Source: Pirellulales bacterium
GTDB lineage: Bacteria > Planctomycetota > Planctomycetia > Pirellulales > PALSA-1355
DNA: 64,000 bases
NCBI GenBank assembly: GCA_963733035.1
Contig: CAVTBU010000006.1
Coordinates: 416,001 to 480,000 of the forward strand
Direction: 5' to 3'
Shown: positions 11,479 to 24,093 of the stretch, piece by piece
How the letters are laid out: each line of letters begins with the position of its first letter
Position numbering within the stretch: position 1 is the first letter of the stretch
Notes under the pieces: model-generated
What the model saw: only the letters and a program-made list of their open reading frames with translations
What the model was told of the DNA's origin: nothing
Database searches by the model: none
Made by a program: the position numbers and the translations under genes

Positions 11479-14400
11479 CTACTCAAGCCCATACAATCCG
11501 GCCAGTGGCACGGCCATGGGCGTGGCCAGGCCCATGCGGCCTTGCAAGAACCGCGGCTGGATGGCGAACGTGGCGCCGACGTTGTTCTTACTCGTGTCGA
11601 CGTTGACGATCAGACTGGTGAGGAATGATTCGCCAATGCGAGTGAGCATCAGATTCTGGCCAATGTTTCTCGCACTGTGGAAGTCGTAGGTGGTGCCGAA
11701 AGAAGACAGCCACTTGGGACTCATCCGGTAGCTGTAGTTGAATGCCATCACATTGCTAATGATTGGGCCTTGCAGCGAATAGAATCCCATGTAGATCGAA
11801 CCACGCGGCGGTCGATTGAGGTAGCCGCCCAGCGTGAAGTACTTGCCGGCCTGATTGAAGAAGTCGAAGTAGCCGTCGGAGACCACCGTGGTGCGATCGC
11901 CGACGTGCCAACGGAAATCGTAGTCAACCAGGCCGATTGTCGAGCCGAAGTTGTCGCGGTTCGGATTGGGAAACAGTGTGGCGTCCATGTTGAGCGTGAT
12001 CCAGTCGACGATGTGTGGGTTCGATAGCGGGCCACGCTTGGTTTGCCACCGCTGCCGAGCGCCGAGGCGGGCTGTGAACAGGTCTCCAGCGATTTCCATC
12101 GACGGTGACGCAACGTAACCGCCCAGCCCACGCCGCAGGGCATAGTAACGTTCGTCGAATCGGGTTGGTACGGGTGGCGGACCACCAAAGTCGAAGAACG
12201 GGAACCAACGGCGATACGCTTCGATGTTGTTGTCGTCTATTTGATCGTAGAGCGGCAAGGTGTTCAGGTTCTGCGTGCTCTGGGCGTAGAAAATATCGGT
12301 GTCGAGCACGACCTTGTGCGCCAGGCCGTTGACGTTGAACAGTTCGCTTTTCGCCATCGGATTGACCGACCACATCGACGTGCTGGCCCGCATGCCAAAC
12401 GCGCCGTACGCGCGATTCTCCGGATCAAAATTCAAATTCTGACCCCAGCGAGCCAGTTCGCCGAGCAGGTAGGGGTCGAATTTCACGGCTCCCATCGCGA
12501 AGGGAAAGTCAATTTCGTGTCGGGTGATGAGTCGTTCGCCGGGACGCGTGGTATTGGCTGGTGCTTCCCACGGCAGCGGACCCCACATCGCGGCTTGTGT
12601 CGGATCGGTTGGCGGCTGGGCGCTCTGGAATCTCGCAAACGCCAGGCTGGTGTGCTCGTACCACGTGAGTCGATCGCCGAGCAACGGTTCGGCAATCCAG
12701 AAGTGATCGGCCCGCGGTAACCATTCGGTTTCCGTGAAGAAAGGGTTGAGTCGCAGCGAGCCCACGACGCTCCAGGTGCTATTGTCGAGATACTGCTTGA
12801 GCTCGAAATCGGTCGTTTGGTCCTTGAGTTGGTCGTATTCGCGCTCGAAGTATTGCTCGAGGAAATTGAAGTCGCTGATCAGGCCCACTTCGCCGGTCAA
12901 TTGGAAGTTCTGCGGCAGCAGGCTGCGATGCTGCCAAAGCACGCGACCTCGGTAGCTCTTTTCAGGCGGGATGTCGCGGCGCAAGAGACCGAGGTTATCG
13001 AACCCGTGATCCTTGATTGCCCAGGCATCGAGGAAGCCGTTCGTGCTGTCGGGAATGCCGAACAGAGATTGCCGTTCGTAGTTGAACGTCGTGCCGTAGC
13101 CGAAGCCGCGCTTGCTGAGGTAGTCGGCACTGGCGGTCCACTTCGTGCCGGGCGGCGGATTGCGCAGGCCGAGAACTTGGTAGGCATCGATGTCGGTCAG
13201 GAACTGCGTACCGAAGACCTTGTCTTGCCGGAACTGGAAATCGTCAACGTAAAAGTTCGGTTGGTCCAGGTTCGTGGCGAAAAATGGCCAGTAGAAGACC
13301 GGAATCTCGTTCAAGTACACCAGATTGTTGCGACTGGAAACCAGCTGCTCATGGTCCACCAGCGGCTCACCCTTGTCGTCAATTTCCGGCAACTGGGTAA
13401 ACGGGTTGATCCGCGGGTGCTGGACGTCATCGTAGGTGATTGTGCCACTACGGATCTCGTAGGTCGGGATGCCCATCCGGCTTGAGGTGACCGAGGCGTT
13501 TTGAGCCACGAACCGGTCGCGAGCCAATTGCTGCACGACCTCGGCCCGCAGCTTCACTTTGCCGTCGTAGCCCGGCGCATCGGTGATCACTTCGGCATCG
13601 AGCACGATACCCACCTCGCGGCGGACATCAAAGTACATTCGTTGAGCAAAGATCACCCGTTCGCCTTGCCGGAAGACGACGTTGCCCTCCATGTAGATTT
13701 CCAGCGGCTGATCCTTGTTTTGGATCTGGCCGTCGCGGGACTGCTCCAGCGAGCCGACCGTCCACATCACCAGGTTGTCGGTTTCGACGTCAATCGATCC
13801 GAAATTGTCGAGGCCATCGACGATGATGTTCAGGTTTTTGCCGATGGCAATGACTTCACCAGTGGCCGCATTCTGCGTGCTTTCTAATTCCAGGTTTGTG
13901 TGGCTCGCGGTAAGACTCGCACGCGACGAGTGTCGGTCGGCGGTGTGATCGTTCGCGGTGGCGGCGCGATCGGTTCGGCAAATTGCGCGGGACGCACCTG
14001 TCCGGGCGGGCTCAGTCCCAGATTTGCGGCTCCCCGCCAATAGAGCTCGGGCTTGGCCTGCGGCGGCGCGGCAAACGAAATCGGCGTCACCTCGACGGGT
14101 AGCGCGGAGTAGAACCGACCAAACCACTGCCGGTCCTTGAGCGTAGCCGTGCCGATGGTTTGGGATTCCCCCGGTTGATTCTTTCCATCGGCCTGGTAAT
14201 TGATTTCCACGTCACCTTCCAGGTAGGCGATCAGCTTGTGAGGTGGCTCGCCGTTCGGACCGCCGCGTTCGACCCACAACACGGCTTGTTTGCTGCGGGC
14301 ATAAGTCAGTCCTTGGTTGACGTAGCAATTTCCTTCCAGCAGGTAGACGTCGTAAACGCCTTCGACCCAGTGCGTTCCGCCGTCCGCAGCAATGGTGATG

Positions 14401-14555
14401 CGGTCGTTGAGGTTGCCTTCGGGAAGCTGGACCTGGGAGAGTGCCGATGAGGCGATCCACGTCCAGCACGTTGCGGCCAGGAGAACGTGCGACCACATGG
14501 CGCGCAGCACCGACGACGGCGCGTAAGCGCAAGTCGCGCGCAAGCGTGCGTGCAC
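11479..14555 (-). CDS. lptD: LptD/OstA-like LPS assembly outer-membrane protein, frameshift near 13900
   Basis: YMEGNVVFRQGERVIFAQRMYFD jellyroll segment, IPVFYWPFF, beta-barrel C-terminus; N-terminus in ORF 13884..14555; start uncertain. Confidence 0.75.
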
Positions 14556-14694
14556 GTTGTCAGTTGGACCGGCGTTCAGAGAAGTGACTTCCTACGGTTG
14601 CCCGAAGCGCCCCGTGGACCAAGAACTGGCGGCGCGCTCCGCGAATCGCAAAATGAAGTGACGAAAGTTTTTATGGTCGAAATGAGCGGGCGGG

Positions 14695-14724
14695 ATTATA
14701 GGGGCGAGCCGGCGCCAACGTCAA
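14695..14724 (-). promoter_or_regulatory. Sigma70-type promoter upstream of the lptD-like gene
   Basis: Minus strand TTGACG-N18-TATAAT. Confidence 0.6.
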
Positions 14725-14909
14725 GGCAGCTTGTTGCGACTTAAATTGCTGTGTAACAAGTACTTGCGATGCTTCTTTGCCGCGTTGTCGGAGTAACCGG
14801 CGCTGTGGCTCGCGACGCCAGCGGTGACAGTGTCCGATTGCGCAGCGTCCAAACCTGTTGCTAGCAGCCGGTCGGACTCTTGCCAGGCCGTACGGAGAGG
14901 ATGACGCGG

Positions 14910-17236
14910 CTACTGATGAAAAGAGTACAAGAGAACGTTTAGCCCGATCCGAGCGGCGTCCTTTCGAGTGTATCCGGCGCACTCGAGCGACTCGTGGTTC
15001 TCAAGTGCGCAGCTGATGTCGTAGGGCGAAAAGATCACCGCGTAGCGATCCCCCAATTTGATGCCTTCTAAATAGGGTTCTCCCTGGCGTGTGAGCGACC
15101 GTAGCGGGCCGTCGCCCGCCTGAGCGGGCTCGCGGCGCTCGACGACGGACAGATCATCACCGCCGTACTCGGGCGTGAACATAGGATGGGTTGGCGGAAT
15201 GCGTTCGAGCCGGTGTTCGGGAAACAACTCGGCCATTTCCCGCGCAAACGATTCGTTGAACTCGCGACTGGAGCAAATCGCATCGGAGAAGAGCATGCCG
15301 CCGCGCTCCAGGTAAGTGCGCAGCTGTTTGCGCTCGGCCGGTGTGAGGCGAAAGGTGTGCCGCCCATGCATGAACACAAGATGGTAGCGAAACAACTGTG
15401 GGTCGGTCATGGCCAACTCGCGCGGTTGTAGTTCGACGCGCAATTGCAACTTTTCGCTGGCAAGTTGCATCAGATTCACGAGCGCGCCGGCGCGGCGTTG
15501 CAGCCGCCGGGGTGTTGTAGCCGGGCAGTGTACAATTTGCCGCGATCGAAATTGTCGGAGGGCTTCGCGTCGTCAGCCGTGACGAAGAACTCGTTCTTGA
15601 ATTTGACCTCGCGATTCGTGGCATAAGCCACCACGTTGGCGCCCATTGCCAGGCAGGCGTCTGCCTCGGCACGAATCGCCGGCGGCAAGTTGTCCTCGCG
15701 CCCGGTACGCGCCAGTTCCCAATAGCACGACAGGTCATCGGGACAGAACACCACGCTCGTGCGGCAACCGACGTCGATGCCCCACAGCGGCCGGGCAAAC
15801 TTCGGGTCGACCGGCAGCTCGGCGCGCCAAATCGGATGTTCGGGGGGGAGTAGCCGCAACCGGTATTCCTGTTCGGGAAACACGTCGCGCATCAATTGCT
15901 GAAAGCCTTCGTCGAACGCGGTGCCGTCGCAGCAGCCTTCGGCAAACAGAAATCCGCCGCGATCTACGTAGTCGCGCAGTCTGCGCTTTTCCTCCGGCGT
16001 GAACACTGGCGTTTCGCGGCCGTTCATGAACAGCACCGGCGCTTGCAACAAATCTTCAACCGTGGCCGCGGCCGCATTCACCACTTGCCAGGTAAGATCG
16101 CGTTGCCACAGTTTTTCGACGTAGCTGGTCAGATTGGCAAGGTCGTGACGATGGTTGTTCCAGTCACCCGGCGGATCGTGTTTTAGTTTGGCTACCAGCA
16201 CGGGACGACGCCCCTTGGCCAGAAACAACAGCCCGAAACTGGTGCCGACCACGGGATTGTTTTCGGCAATTCCGGAGCCCTTCCAGTAGCCCGAAAGTCC
16301 ATCTTGCATGCGGACGAGCATGTCGCTGCCTTCCCGATACCAATCGTGGTCGCCGATGAAGCGCTGGGCCGTCATGCGACCCGTACGTTCCACGCCGTAT
16401 AGGTAGTACAGCAGGTTCGATGCCGACGCATCGGGGCCGGCGGCGCTGGTGGGATTTGTGTGTACCGAGTAGTTCCGCTCGAGCCAGTTCAGTCCGTTCT
16501 CGATCATCTGGTTGACGTTTTGGGCACCGCAGCAGCGGACCTGGCCGTCGACGATCTCGGCATCACCGGTGTTCAGCTGCCCGGAGGCAATGATGACCGA
16601 AGTGATGCCTGCGCAAGTCATGCTGCCAGTGCCGGGACGACCCTTGATGTAGGCCCAGGAGCCGTCCTGGTTCTGCATCGATTGCCAGTATTGCAGCGCG
16701 AGTCGCCAGGTCCGCTGGTTGACTTTAACGCCGGCCCGCTCCGCTTCGTAGAGTGCGAGCAGGGCGAACTGAGAATTGGACGGATCGCCGCCTGAGCCGC
16801 CGCCTTTGGAAGGATAGGACCAACCGCCACGTCGTTCGTTGTCGGTGATTTGCGTGCCTTCGAGCCACTTCACGTTTTGACGAATCAGTAGCAAATCCTT
16901 TTTCGGTTCCGCGGCGCAAAACACCATCGTCTGTAGCGCCGCGACATAGGTTTGGGCCGGTCGCATTGTGCGGAGATTGGCCAGCGCCGTTTCAACGCGG
17001 GGATCGGCGGCCGGTACGCCTGCATTGAGCAGGGCAAGGGTGCAAAGCGCGGTTACTCCGCCCGGAAAGCCCGCGTACTCGTCCCAAGTGCCGTTTCGAT
17101 TTTGCTGCCGTTCGAGGTACGAGATGGCACGGTCGATCGACTGGCGGACCTGCTCGGCCGTGATCTCGGCCCGGGCCATCCTTGTCGACCCGATTGCCAA
17201 GAGCGCGACAAGCGCGACCCGTGTCTTGTATCGCAT
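14910..17236 (-). CDS. Prenyltransferase/squalene-oxidase-repeat protein with two DUF4159 domains, frameshift near 15485
   Basis: QNRNGTW, GDPSNSQFALLAL, QNQDGSW repeats; LRDYVDRGGFLF and LRTYLERGGMLF DUF4159 cores. Confidence 0.85.
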
Positions 17237-17519
17237 CGTGCCATTCCTTTTCCGCTGGCGATCCTCATCCTCGTCATAACCATCTTAGGCGGTTTGGGTT
17301 AGGCCGGCAAACGCGCCCACGCCAAGACGTTGCTTGCCTAAGGACAGAGCTATAATATTGGGATGTATGCTTGGCACAGGCCGCTGTGCCCCGCCGAGCG
17401 CGGTGGCCCCCGGTTTGGCCCCCAAGCATGCGCGAAAGTTGGTGTCCAGCGCGGCTGATCGACGAGCGCGCGTGCGACCGGTAAACTTCCTACCCGCGCT
17501 CGATTAAGGATTTCGCGAC

Positions 17520-18539
17520 TTGGCCACCAAGCCCCGTAGCCTTGGAGACATCCTGCAGGAGTTCAGTCAGCATCGACGGCTCATGCAGGAGGAATTGCAG
17601 AAGGTGATCGTCGGGCAAGACGAAGTCATCGAGCAAATCTTCGCCGCCATCTTCACCCGCGGCCATTGCCTGCTCGTGGGCGTGCCAGGGCTAGCGAAGA
17701 CGCTGATGGTCAGCACGCTGGCTCGAATTCTCGACATCCACTTCAAACGCATTCAGTTTACTCCCGACCTGATGCCCTCGGACATTACGGGCACCAATGT
17801 GCTGGAGGAAGACGAGCACGGCCGGCGGCAGTTTCGCTTCGTCGAAGGGCCGATATTCACGAACATCCTGCTGGCCGACGAAATCAACCGTACGCCACCC
17901 AAGACTCAGGCCGCGCTTCTGCAAGCCATGCAAGAGCGCGAAGTGACGGTGGGCCAAACGACCTATCCGCTTCCCGAGCCATTCTTCACCATTGCGACGC
18001 AGAATCCGATCGAACAGGAGGGGACCTACCCGCTCCCCGAAGCGCAATTGGACCGCTTCATGTTCAACATCAAAGTCGACTATCCGACGGCTGACGAGGA
18101 AGAGCGCATCCTTTCGTCGACCACGCGCGGCGAAAAGCCCGAAATTCGCAAAGTGCTTTCCGGCCGCGCGATTCTTAATCTGCAGAAGCTCGTTGGCTCG
18201 GTGGCCGTCAGCGAATACATCATCAAGTACGTGGCCAATCTTGTAAGGGCCACGCGTCCCAAGAGCGACTCGGCGCCAGAGTTCGTGCGCGAGTTGGTCG
18301 ATTGGGGTGCCGGTCCGCGCGCCGGGCAGTTTTTGATCCACGGCGGCAAAGCGCTGGCCGCCATGGACGGTCGGTTTTCCGTGGCGATTGAAGACATTCG
18401 CAAGGTCGCCGTGCCGGTACTGCGCCACCGCGTGGCCACGAATTTTCAAGCCCAGGCCGAGGGGATGGCTACTGAGGATGTCATCGAGCGATTGTTGCGG
18501 GAATTGCCAACTCCCGAGATCCCCAAGTTTGCCGGATGA
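17520..18539 (+). CDS. MoxR-family AAA+ ATPase
   Basis: GVPGLAKT, RIQFTPDLMPSD, LADEINR, ATQNPIEQEGTYPLPEAQLDRF. Confidence 0.96.
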   Translation: MATKPRSLGDILQEFSQHRRLMQEELQKVIVGQDEVIEQIFAAIFTRGHCLLVGVPGLAKTLMVSTLARILDIHFKRIQFTPDLMPSDITGTNVLEEDEHGRRQFRFVEGPIFTNILLADEINRTPPKTQAALLQAMQEREVTVGQTTYPLPEPFFTIATQNPIEQEGTYPLPEAQLDRFMFNIKVDYPTADEEERILSSTTRGEKPEIRKVLSGRAILNLQKLVGSVAVSEYIIKYVANLVRATRPKSDSAPEFVRELVDWGAGPRAGQFLIHGGKALAAMDGRFSVAIEDIRKVAVPVLRHRVATNFQAQAEGMATEDVIERLLRELPTPEIPKFAG

Positions 18540-18652
18540 ACGTAGCCGAGATCGCGGCGTAGAAGGAAAGGGGCAGGGGTCCCAGGGAAGGAATTTCCTG
18601 GGCTTTTGTTGTTTTTGGCGCGTCCCGCGGGGCGCGAGGAATAGGTGCGGCA

Positions 18653-19547
18653 ATGCCCGCGGTCGAGCAGTATCTGAAGCCCGAAGTGATCCGCCAGATC
18701 TCGCGGCTCGACTTGCGCGCAGTTCATTGTGAAAGGTTTTTTGCAGGGTCTGCACGCCAGCCCGTTCCACGGCTTTTCGGTGGAATTCAGTGAGCATCGC
18801 AAGTACACGCAGGGGGACGAACCGAAGGATATCGACTGGCTGGTTTACGCGAAAACAGACAAGTACTACGTCAAGAAATTCGAGGCCGAAACGAACATCA
18901 CCGGTTATCTGGTAATGGACCTGAGCCGCTCGATGGCCTACACCTATCGCCAGGAACTGACGAAGTTCGACTATGCGATCTGCCTGGCTGCGGCCCTTTG
19001 CTACTTGATGATCCACCAGCAGGACCCGGTGGGCCTGGTCACCTTCGACACGAGGATTCGCCAGAGCCTGCCGCCGCGCAGTAAACGTGCCCAACTCGGA
19101 AACGTCCTCTCGCTATTGGCCAACCTCAAACCTAGTGGCGAGACCGACATCGCCAAAAGTCTTATTCAGCTTGCTGCGATGCTCAAGCATCGCAGCCTGG
19201 TGATGTTGTTTAGCGATCTGTTTGCCGACCCCGAGGAAGTGATCAAATCGCTGCGTCGCCTGCGCCACGGCGGACATGACGTGATTCTGTTTCACGTACT
19301 CGACGAAGCCGAGGTGCGTTTCCCGTTTGACGGCGTCATTGAATTCGAGGAGCCCGAGTCGCACGAGAAACTGCAAATCGATGCCGGTAGTTTTCGTGCG
19401 GACTACCTGAGCGAAATTCAAGCCTTTTGCGAGATGTATCGCCGCGAGTGCTTCCAGAACGGCATCGACTATGTGCAACTCGATACGAGCATGCAATTCG
19501 ACCGTGCGCTAACCGAGTACCTCGCCAACCGTCGCGGGAGGTACTAA
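18653..19547 (+). CDS. DUF58 family protein, frameshift near 18720
   Basis: MPAVEQYLKPEVIRQISRLDLR from ATG 18653 joins GLHASPFHGFSVEFSEHRKY...IDW; DLSRSM. Confidence 0.9.
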
Positions 19548-21796
19548 TGACCTTCCTGCACGTTGCCTTTTTAGGTGGAGCGCTCGCCGTGGCGGTGCCG
19601 ATTGTTCTGCACCTCATCATGCGCAAACAACCCACGCACCTGGAGTTTCCGGCGCTACGGTTCATCCAGCTTCGCGAAAGCGCGAATCGCCGGCAGGTCC
19701 GGTTCCGCCACTGGTTGCTGTTGGCGTTGCGTTGCGCAGTGATCTTACTGCTGGCGTTGGCGCTCGCCCGACCCAGCATTGTGGCATCTACCGGCGTATT
19801 GGGCGATCAGGAATCGCCCGTCGCCGCGGCGCTCGTGTTCGATACGAACCCGCGTATGCAGTATCGCGAACAAAACAAGACTCGCCTGGAGGTGGCCCAG
19901 GAGTCTGGTGTTTGGCTGCTCACGCAGCTGCCGCGCGAAAGCGACGTGTCGGTGGTCGATTCACGCACGGGTACAGCCGTGTTCACCGTTGACGTCGGTG
20001 CCGCCCGGCAGCGGATCGAACGGCTCGACGCGGGCACAATGTCACGACCGCTCGCGCAGTCCATCGAGGCGGCCGTGGAACTGCTGGCGAGCAGCGAAAA
20101 GGAGCGGAAGGAGATTTACGTCTTCAGCGACTTGTCGCAAGCTGCCTGGTCGCCCGACTCCATGCGCGATTTGGCGTCGCGCCTGGCCGAACACAAGACC
20201 CTGGGCGTGTATGTGATCGACGTAGGCGTCGGTCAACCGCAAAACTTTGGCCTGGGTGAGACGACACTCTCCGGCGAAGTGCTCTCGAAAAATGCTCCTC
20301 TATATATCCACTCCGATGTGGTTCATGCCGGTCTCGGCGGTGAGCGTACCGTTGAACTGATATTGCTCGATCCGGCCACCGGCAGCGCCGATATCCGCGG
20401 CCGACAATCGCTTGAGATTGCGGCCGACGGCTCGCAGCGAGCCAGCTTTCAGCTGCGCGGTCTATCGGCCGGTTTGCACCAAGGTTATCTGAAACTTACC
20501 GGCGAAGACGCGCTGCCCGCCGACGATACGCATTGGTTTTCCGTGGAAGTGCGCCCGGCGTGGCGAGTGCTGCTGGCCGCGCCTGATGATGGCCGGCGGC
20601 GGCCGGAAGATTACGGGCTGTTTTTCTCCGAGGCGCTGGCTCCCTATGCAATTCGCGCCAAAGGCGAAGCCGCGTTCGAGTGCGAAGTGGTCGACCTCAA
20701 GCAGTTGGCCGGCGCGTCGCTGTCGGAATACAACGCCGTGTGCCTGGTCGACCCCTCGCCGCTGGAAGCTTCCATCTGGCAAAAACTGCACGCCTATGTC
20801 GCGGCGGGTGGTGGCTTGGGCATCTTCCTAGGCGCCAATGCCATGCCTGTGCAGTCGTTCAATGAACCGGTGGCCCAGGAAGTGCTACCCGGAAAGCTGA
20901 CGCGGCAGTGGCGTAGTGACGGCGACGTGTATTTTGCTCCCGATAACTACCAGCACCCGGTGCTCGGCAAGTTCCAGGGCTTGCAAATCGCGTGGCCGTT
21001 GTTGCCGGTGTTTCGACATTGGCAACTCGAGGAGTTGGCCGACGGCGCAGCCACAATTGCAGTCTATTCCAACAATCAGCCGGCACTCATCGATCGACCC
21101 GTCGGCAAGGGGCGCGTGCTAACGATGACCACGTCGATCTCGGATCAAGCCAGTCGACTCGATCGGCGCGACTATGTTCCCTGGAATTTACTGCCCACGG
21201 GCGATGATAAGTTTCCGTTTTATTTGCTGGCCAACACGATCGCCGACTACCTCGTCGGCAGCGGCGAGCAACATCTGAACTACCCGGCCGGCGGCACGGC
21301 CGTCCTCCGGCTCGACGCGGAGGTGCGACGTCCTATTTACGTGCTAACGACGCCCCGCGGCGATCAGCTTCGTACGCCTCCCAGCGAAAGCCAGGATGCG
21401 GTCGTCGTCACGTCGACCGATGCGCCAGGCAACTATCAACTCGCAGCCGGCGGTGGGGAAGAGCAGGTCAATCTGGGGTTCAGCGTCAATTTGCCGCCCA
21501 CCGTCAGCCAGTTGGCCCGCGCGAGCCAAGACGACCTCAAGGCGGCATTCGGCGACGTGCCGTTTCGCCTGGCTCGCAATCGCCAGGAAATCGATCGCAG
21601 CGTGAGTGCCGGACGCATCGGCCAGGAGTTGTTCCCGTATTTGATTCTGCTGTTGGTGTTAATCTTGGCGGGCGAACAGGTACTTTCGAATCGTTTTTAC
21701 CAGGACTACGACACCGGCAAGCAGCGGTCGCGCGCCGCGCAATTGGCCCATTCGTCGGCGTCTCGCGAAACGCGCGCGGCGGTCAGCTCAAAATGA
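19547..21796 (+). CDS. BatA N-terminal/VWA-like membrane protein
   Basis: VPIVLHLI...FPALRF...LALRC...LARP BatA motif; C-terminal TM. Confidence 0.88.
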   Translation: MTFLHVAFLGGALAVAVPIVLHLIMRKQPTHLEFPALRFIQLRESANRRQVRFRHWLLLALRCAVILLLALALARPSIVASTGVLGDQESPVAAALVFDTNPRMQYREQNKTRLEVAQESGVWLLTQLPRESDVSVVDSRTGTAVFTVDVGAARQRIERLDAGTMSRPLAQSIEAAVELLASSEKERKEIYVFSDLSQAAWSPDSMRDLASRLAEHKTLGVYVIDVGVGQPQNFGLGETTLSGEVLSKNAPLYIHSDVVHAGLGGERTVELILLDPATGSADIRGRQSLEIAADGSQRASFQLRGLSAGLHQGYLKLTGEDALPADDTHWFSVEVRPAWRVLLAAPDDGRRRPEDYGLFFSEALAPYAIRAKGEAAFECEVVDLKQLAGASLSEYNAVCLVDPSPLEASIWQKLHAYVAAGGGLGIFLGANAMPVQSFNEPVAQEVLPGKLTRQWRSDGDVYFAPDNYQHPVLGKFQGLQIAWPLLPVFRHWQLEELADGAATIAVYSNNQPALIDRPVGKGRVLTMTTSISDQASRLDRRDYVPWNLLPTGDDKFPFYLLANTIADYLVGSGEQHLNYPAGGTAVLRLDAEVRRPIYVLTTPRGDQLRTPPSESQDAVVVTSTDAPGNYQLAAGGGEEQVNLGFSVNLPPTVSQLARASQDDLKAAFGDVPFRLARNRQEIDRSVSAGRIGQELFPYLILLLVLILAGEQVLSNRFYQDYDTGKQRSRAAQLAHSSASRETRAAVSSK

Positions 21797-24054
21797 CGAG
21801 CGAGTGGTATCTCAATCCGGTCGGCGGATACGGCGTGGCATCCATCACGGCCGTGACGCTCGTCGTACTTCTCACGCTGCTCGGTCTACCGCGTCACCGA
21901 CTCGGACGCCGGCAACGAATCATCCTGTTGTCGCTGCGGTTGGGAGTAATCGCGCTGGCGATGTTCGCCATGTTGCGCCCGTCGTTGGTCTATTCAACCT
22001 CGAAGCCGCGCTCATCGACCTTGGTCGTGCTGGTCGATCGTTCGCGAAGTATGATGATCGGCGATGCGGTGGGTGGGAAGACGCGGTGGGAAATGCTATG
22101 CGCCGCGATCGACGACTCGCTTCCGGCGCTCCGCTCGTTAGCCGAGAACGTCGAAGTCCGCATCTATGCGTTCGATTCTTCGTTGCACGCCGTCGATTTC
22201 GATGGCAAGGAAATCGATTTGGGAGCCGTTCCCAAGGGCGAGCAAACCGCTATCGGGGCGGCGCTTGAAGACGTCTTGCGCCGCGAAGCCGGCAAGCGGC
22301 TGCTCGGCGTGATGCTCTTGAGCGACGGGGCCCAGCGGGCTTACGCCCCCCGCGATATCGCTCCGCAAGGACCCGCGCGGCGGTTGGCCGACCTCGGATT
22401 TCCGCTCTACACGTTTCCATTCGGTCAGGCGCGGGGGCTCGGTCAGACGCGCGACGTGGCCCTTAAGGATCTAGCCGTCAACTCCACGGTCTACGTCAAG
22501 AACGAACTCACGGCTCGGGCTACCGCGCAGGTCGACGGCTTCGGCAATCAGGCGGTGCCCGTGCAACTGCTGTTCGAGGACGCCGATGGCAAGATGCGGT
22601 CGGTTGCCAGTGCCGAACTCAAGAGCATGCAAAGTGGCCAAAGCGTGCCGATCGAACTCGCGACGATTCCGCAAACGTCGGGCGAGTACAAAGTGACGCT
22701 CAAGGTGCCCAACCAGGCCGGCGAACTCGTCACGACGAACAACGAGATGAGCACGTTTGTCACCGTGCTTAAGGGCGGGATCAACGTACTGTATCTCGAA
22801 GGTGCGCTGCGCGTCGATCAAGTGTATCTGCGGCGGTCGCTCGACGCATCGCAGGATATCAAGGTCGATTTCTTGCGTCTCGACCCCCGTGATCCGCAAC
22901 AGCGGCCGGCCGATTTGCTCGAACGCTTTCGGCCTGGTAAGTACGACGTCTATGTGATTGGCGATGTCGATTCCGAGCAACTTACGCAAGAAGAACTCGA
23001 TGCCTTGGCCCAAACCGTTCAGCAGGGGGCGGGACTCGTAATGCTCGGAGGTTTTCACGCCTTCGGTCCTGGCGGATATCAGGAAACTCCGTTGGCCGCG
23101 CTCTTGCCCGTGGAAATGGACGCTCGCGAGCGTCAGCGGTTAGGTGAACCGCTGCGAAGCGACGTGCAACTGCCCGGACCGCTCAAGATCATCCCGACCC
23201 GACCGCTTGGCGAGCGCCACTATCTGATGGGAATTTCGGACGGAGAGCGTGACGCGGCCTGGTCCAAGTTGCCACCGCTCGAAGGGGCGAATCGATTGGG
23301 AAAACCTAAGCCCGGAGCGCAGGTCCTGGCGACCGGCAAGGATCAGCCTCTGTTGGTCGTAGGTGAAGCCGGCGGGCGCGTGATGGCCTTTGCTGGCGAC
23401 ACGACCTGGCGGTGGTGGATGGAAGGCTATGCTCCGCAGCATAAGCGTTTCTGGCGGCAAGTCATTCTATGGCTTGCACGCAAGGACGAACTGACCGATG
23501 GCAACGTGTGGGTCAAGCTCGACGAACGTCGCTTCAACCGTGGCGGCCGGGTGGAATTCACGGCCGGCGCACGTTCGCCACAGGGCGAACCGGTGGGTGA
23601 CGTCAAGTTCAACGCGGAAGTAACGCTTCCTGACGGCGCGAAACAAAAAGTGAACCTTGTGCGACAGGGAGATCACTACGTCGGCAGCTACGACCGCACT
23701 CAGACGCCCGGCGACTACCTGCTCGATCTTGCCGCGAGCGATTTGCAAGGCACGCCGCTTGGCAATGCGAAGGCTCGCTTTCTGGTTTTCGAACAGGACC
23801 TGGAACTCGACAATGCCGTGGCCGATCCAACATTGCTGGCCAGTCTTTCAACCATGACGCAGCCGGTCGGCGGCAAATCGCTGGCGCCCGAGGAGTTGCC
23901 ACAGCTATTGGGCCAGCTAGCCAGTCAGCCGGTGGAGATGGAAGTCGAGACACAGGTCAAGCTCACCCCCTGGGACACTTGGCCATTCTTCCTGCTGTTT
24001 GTCACTACGATCAGCGTCGAATGGTATCTGCGGAAAAAATGGGGATTGGTTTAA
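21793..24054 (+). CDS. VWA plus glutamine-amidotransferase-like (GATase1-like) membrane protein
   Basis: DRSRSM MIDAS, LLSDG, GAGLVMLGG, TWRW, EWYLRKKWGL terminus. Confidence 0.85.
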   Translation: MTSEWYLNPVGGYGVASITAVTLVVLLTLLGLPRHRLGRRQRIILLSLRLGVIALAMFAMLRPSLVYSTSKPRSSTLVVLVDRSRSMMIGDAVGGKTRWEMLCAAIDDSLPALRSLAENVEVRIYAFDSSLHAVDFDGKEIDLGAVPKGEQTAIGAALEDVLRREAGKRLLGVMLLSDGAQRAYAPRDIAPQGPARRLADLGFPLYTFPFGQARGLGQTRDVALKDLAVNSTVYVKNELTARATAQVDGFGNQAVPVQLLFEDADGKMRSVASAELKSMQSGQSVPIELATIPQTSGEYKVTLKVPNQAGELVTTNNEMSTFVTVLKGGINVLYLEGALRVDQVYLRRSLDASQDIKVDFLRLDPRDPQQRPADLLERFRPGKYDVYVIGDVDSEQLTQEELDALAQTVQQGAGLVMLGGFHAFGPGGYQETPLAALLPVEMDARERQRLGEPLRSDVQLPGPLKIIPTRPLGERHYLMGISDGERDAAWSKLPPLEGANRLGKPKPGAQVLATGKDQPLLVVGEAGGRVMAFAGDTTWRWWMEGYAPQHKRFWRQVILWLARKDELTDGNVWVKLDERRFNRGGRVEFTAGARSPQGEPVGDVKFNAEVTLPDGAKQKVNLVRQGDHYVGSYDRTQTPGDYLLDLAASDLQGTPLGNAKARFLVFEQDLELDNAVADPTLLASLSTMTQPVGGKSLAPEELPQLLGQLASQPVEMEVETQVKLTPWDTWPFFLLFVTTISVEWYLRKKWGLV

Positions 24055-24093
24055 ACCAAAGGGCGCCCTGCGCGGCGGCGCCCCGCCCGTTTG

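Noticed and set aside
17691..19094. Long antisense ORFs (also 26971..28176, 7532..8626, 56510..57490)
   Set aside because: Shadow frames of well-supported genes in high-GC DNA; no family motifs.
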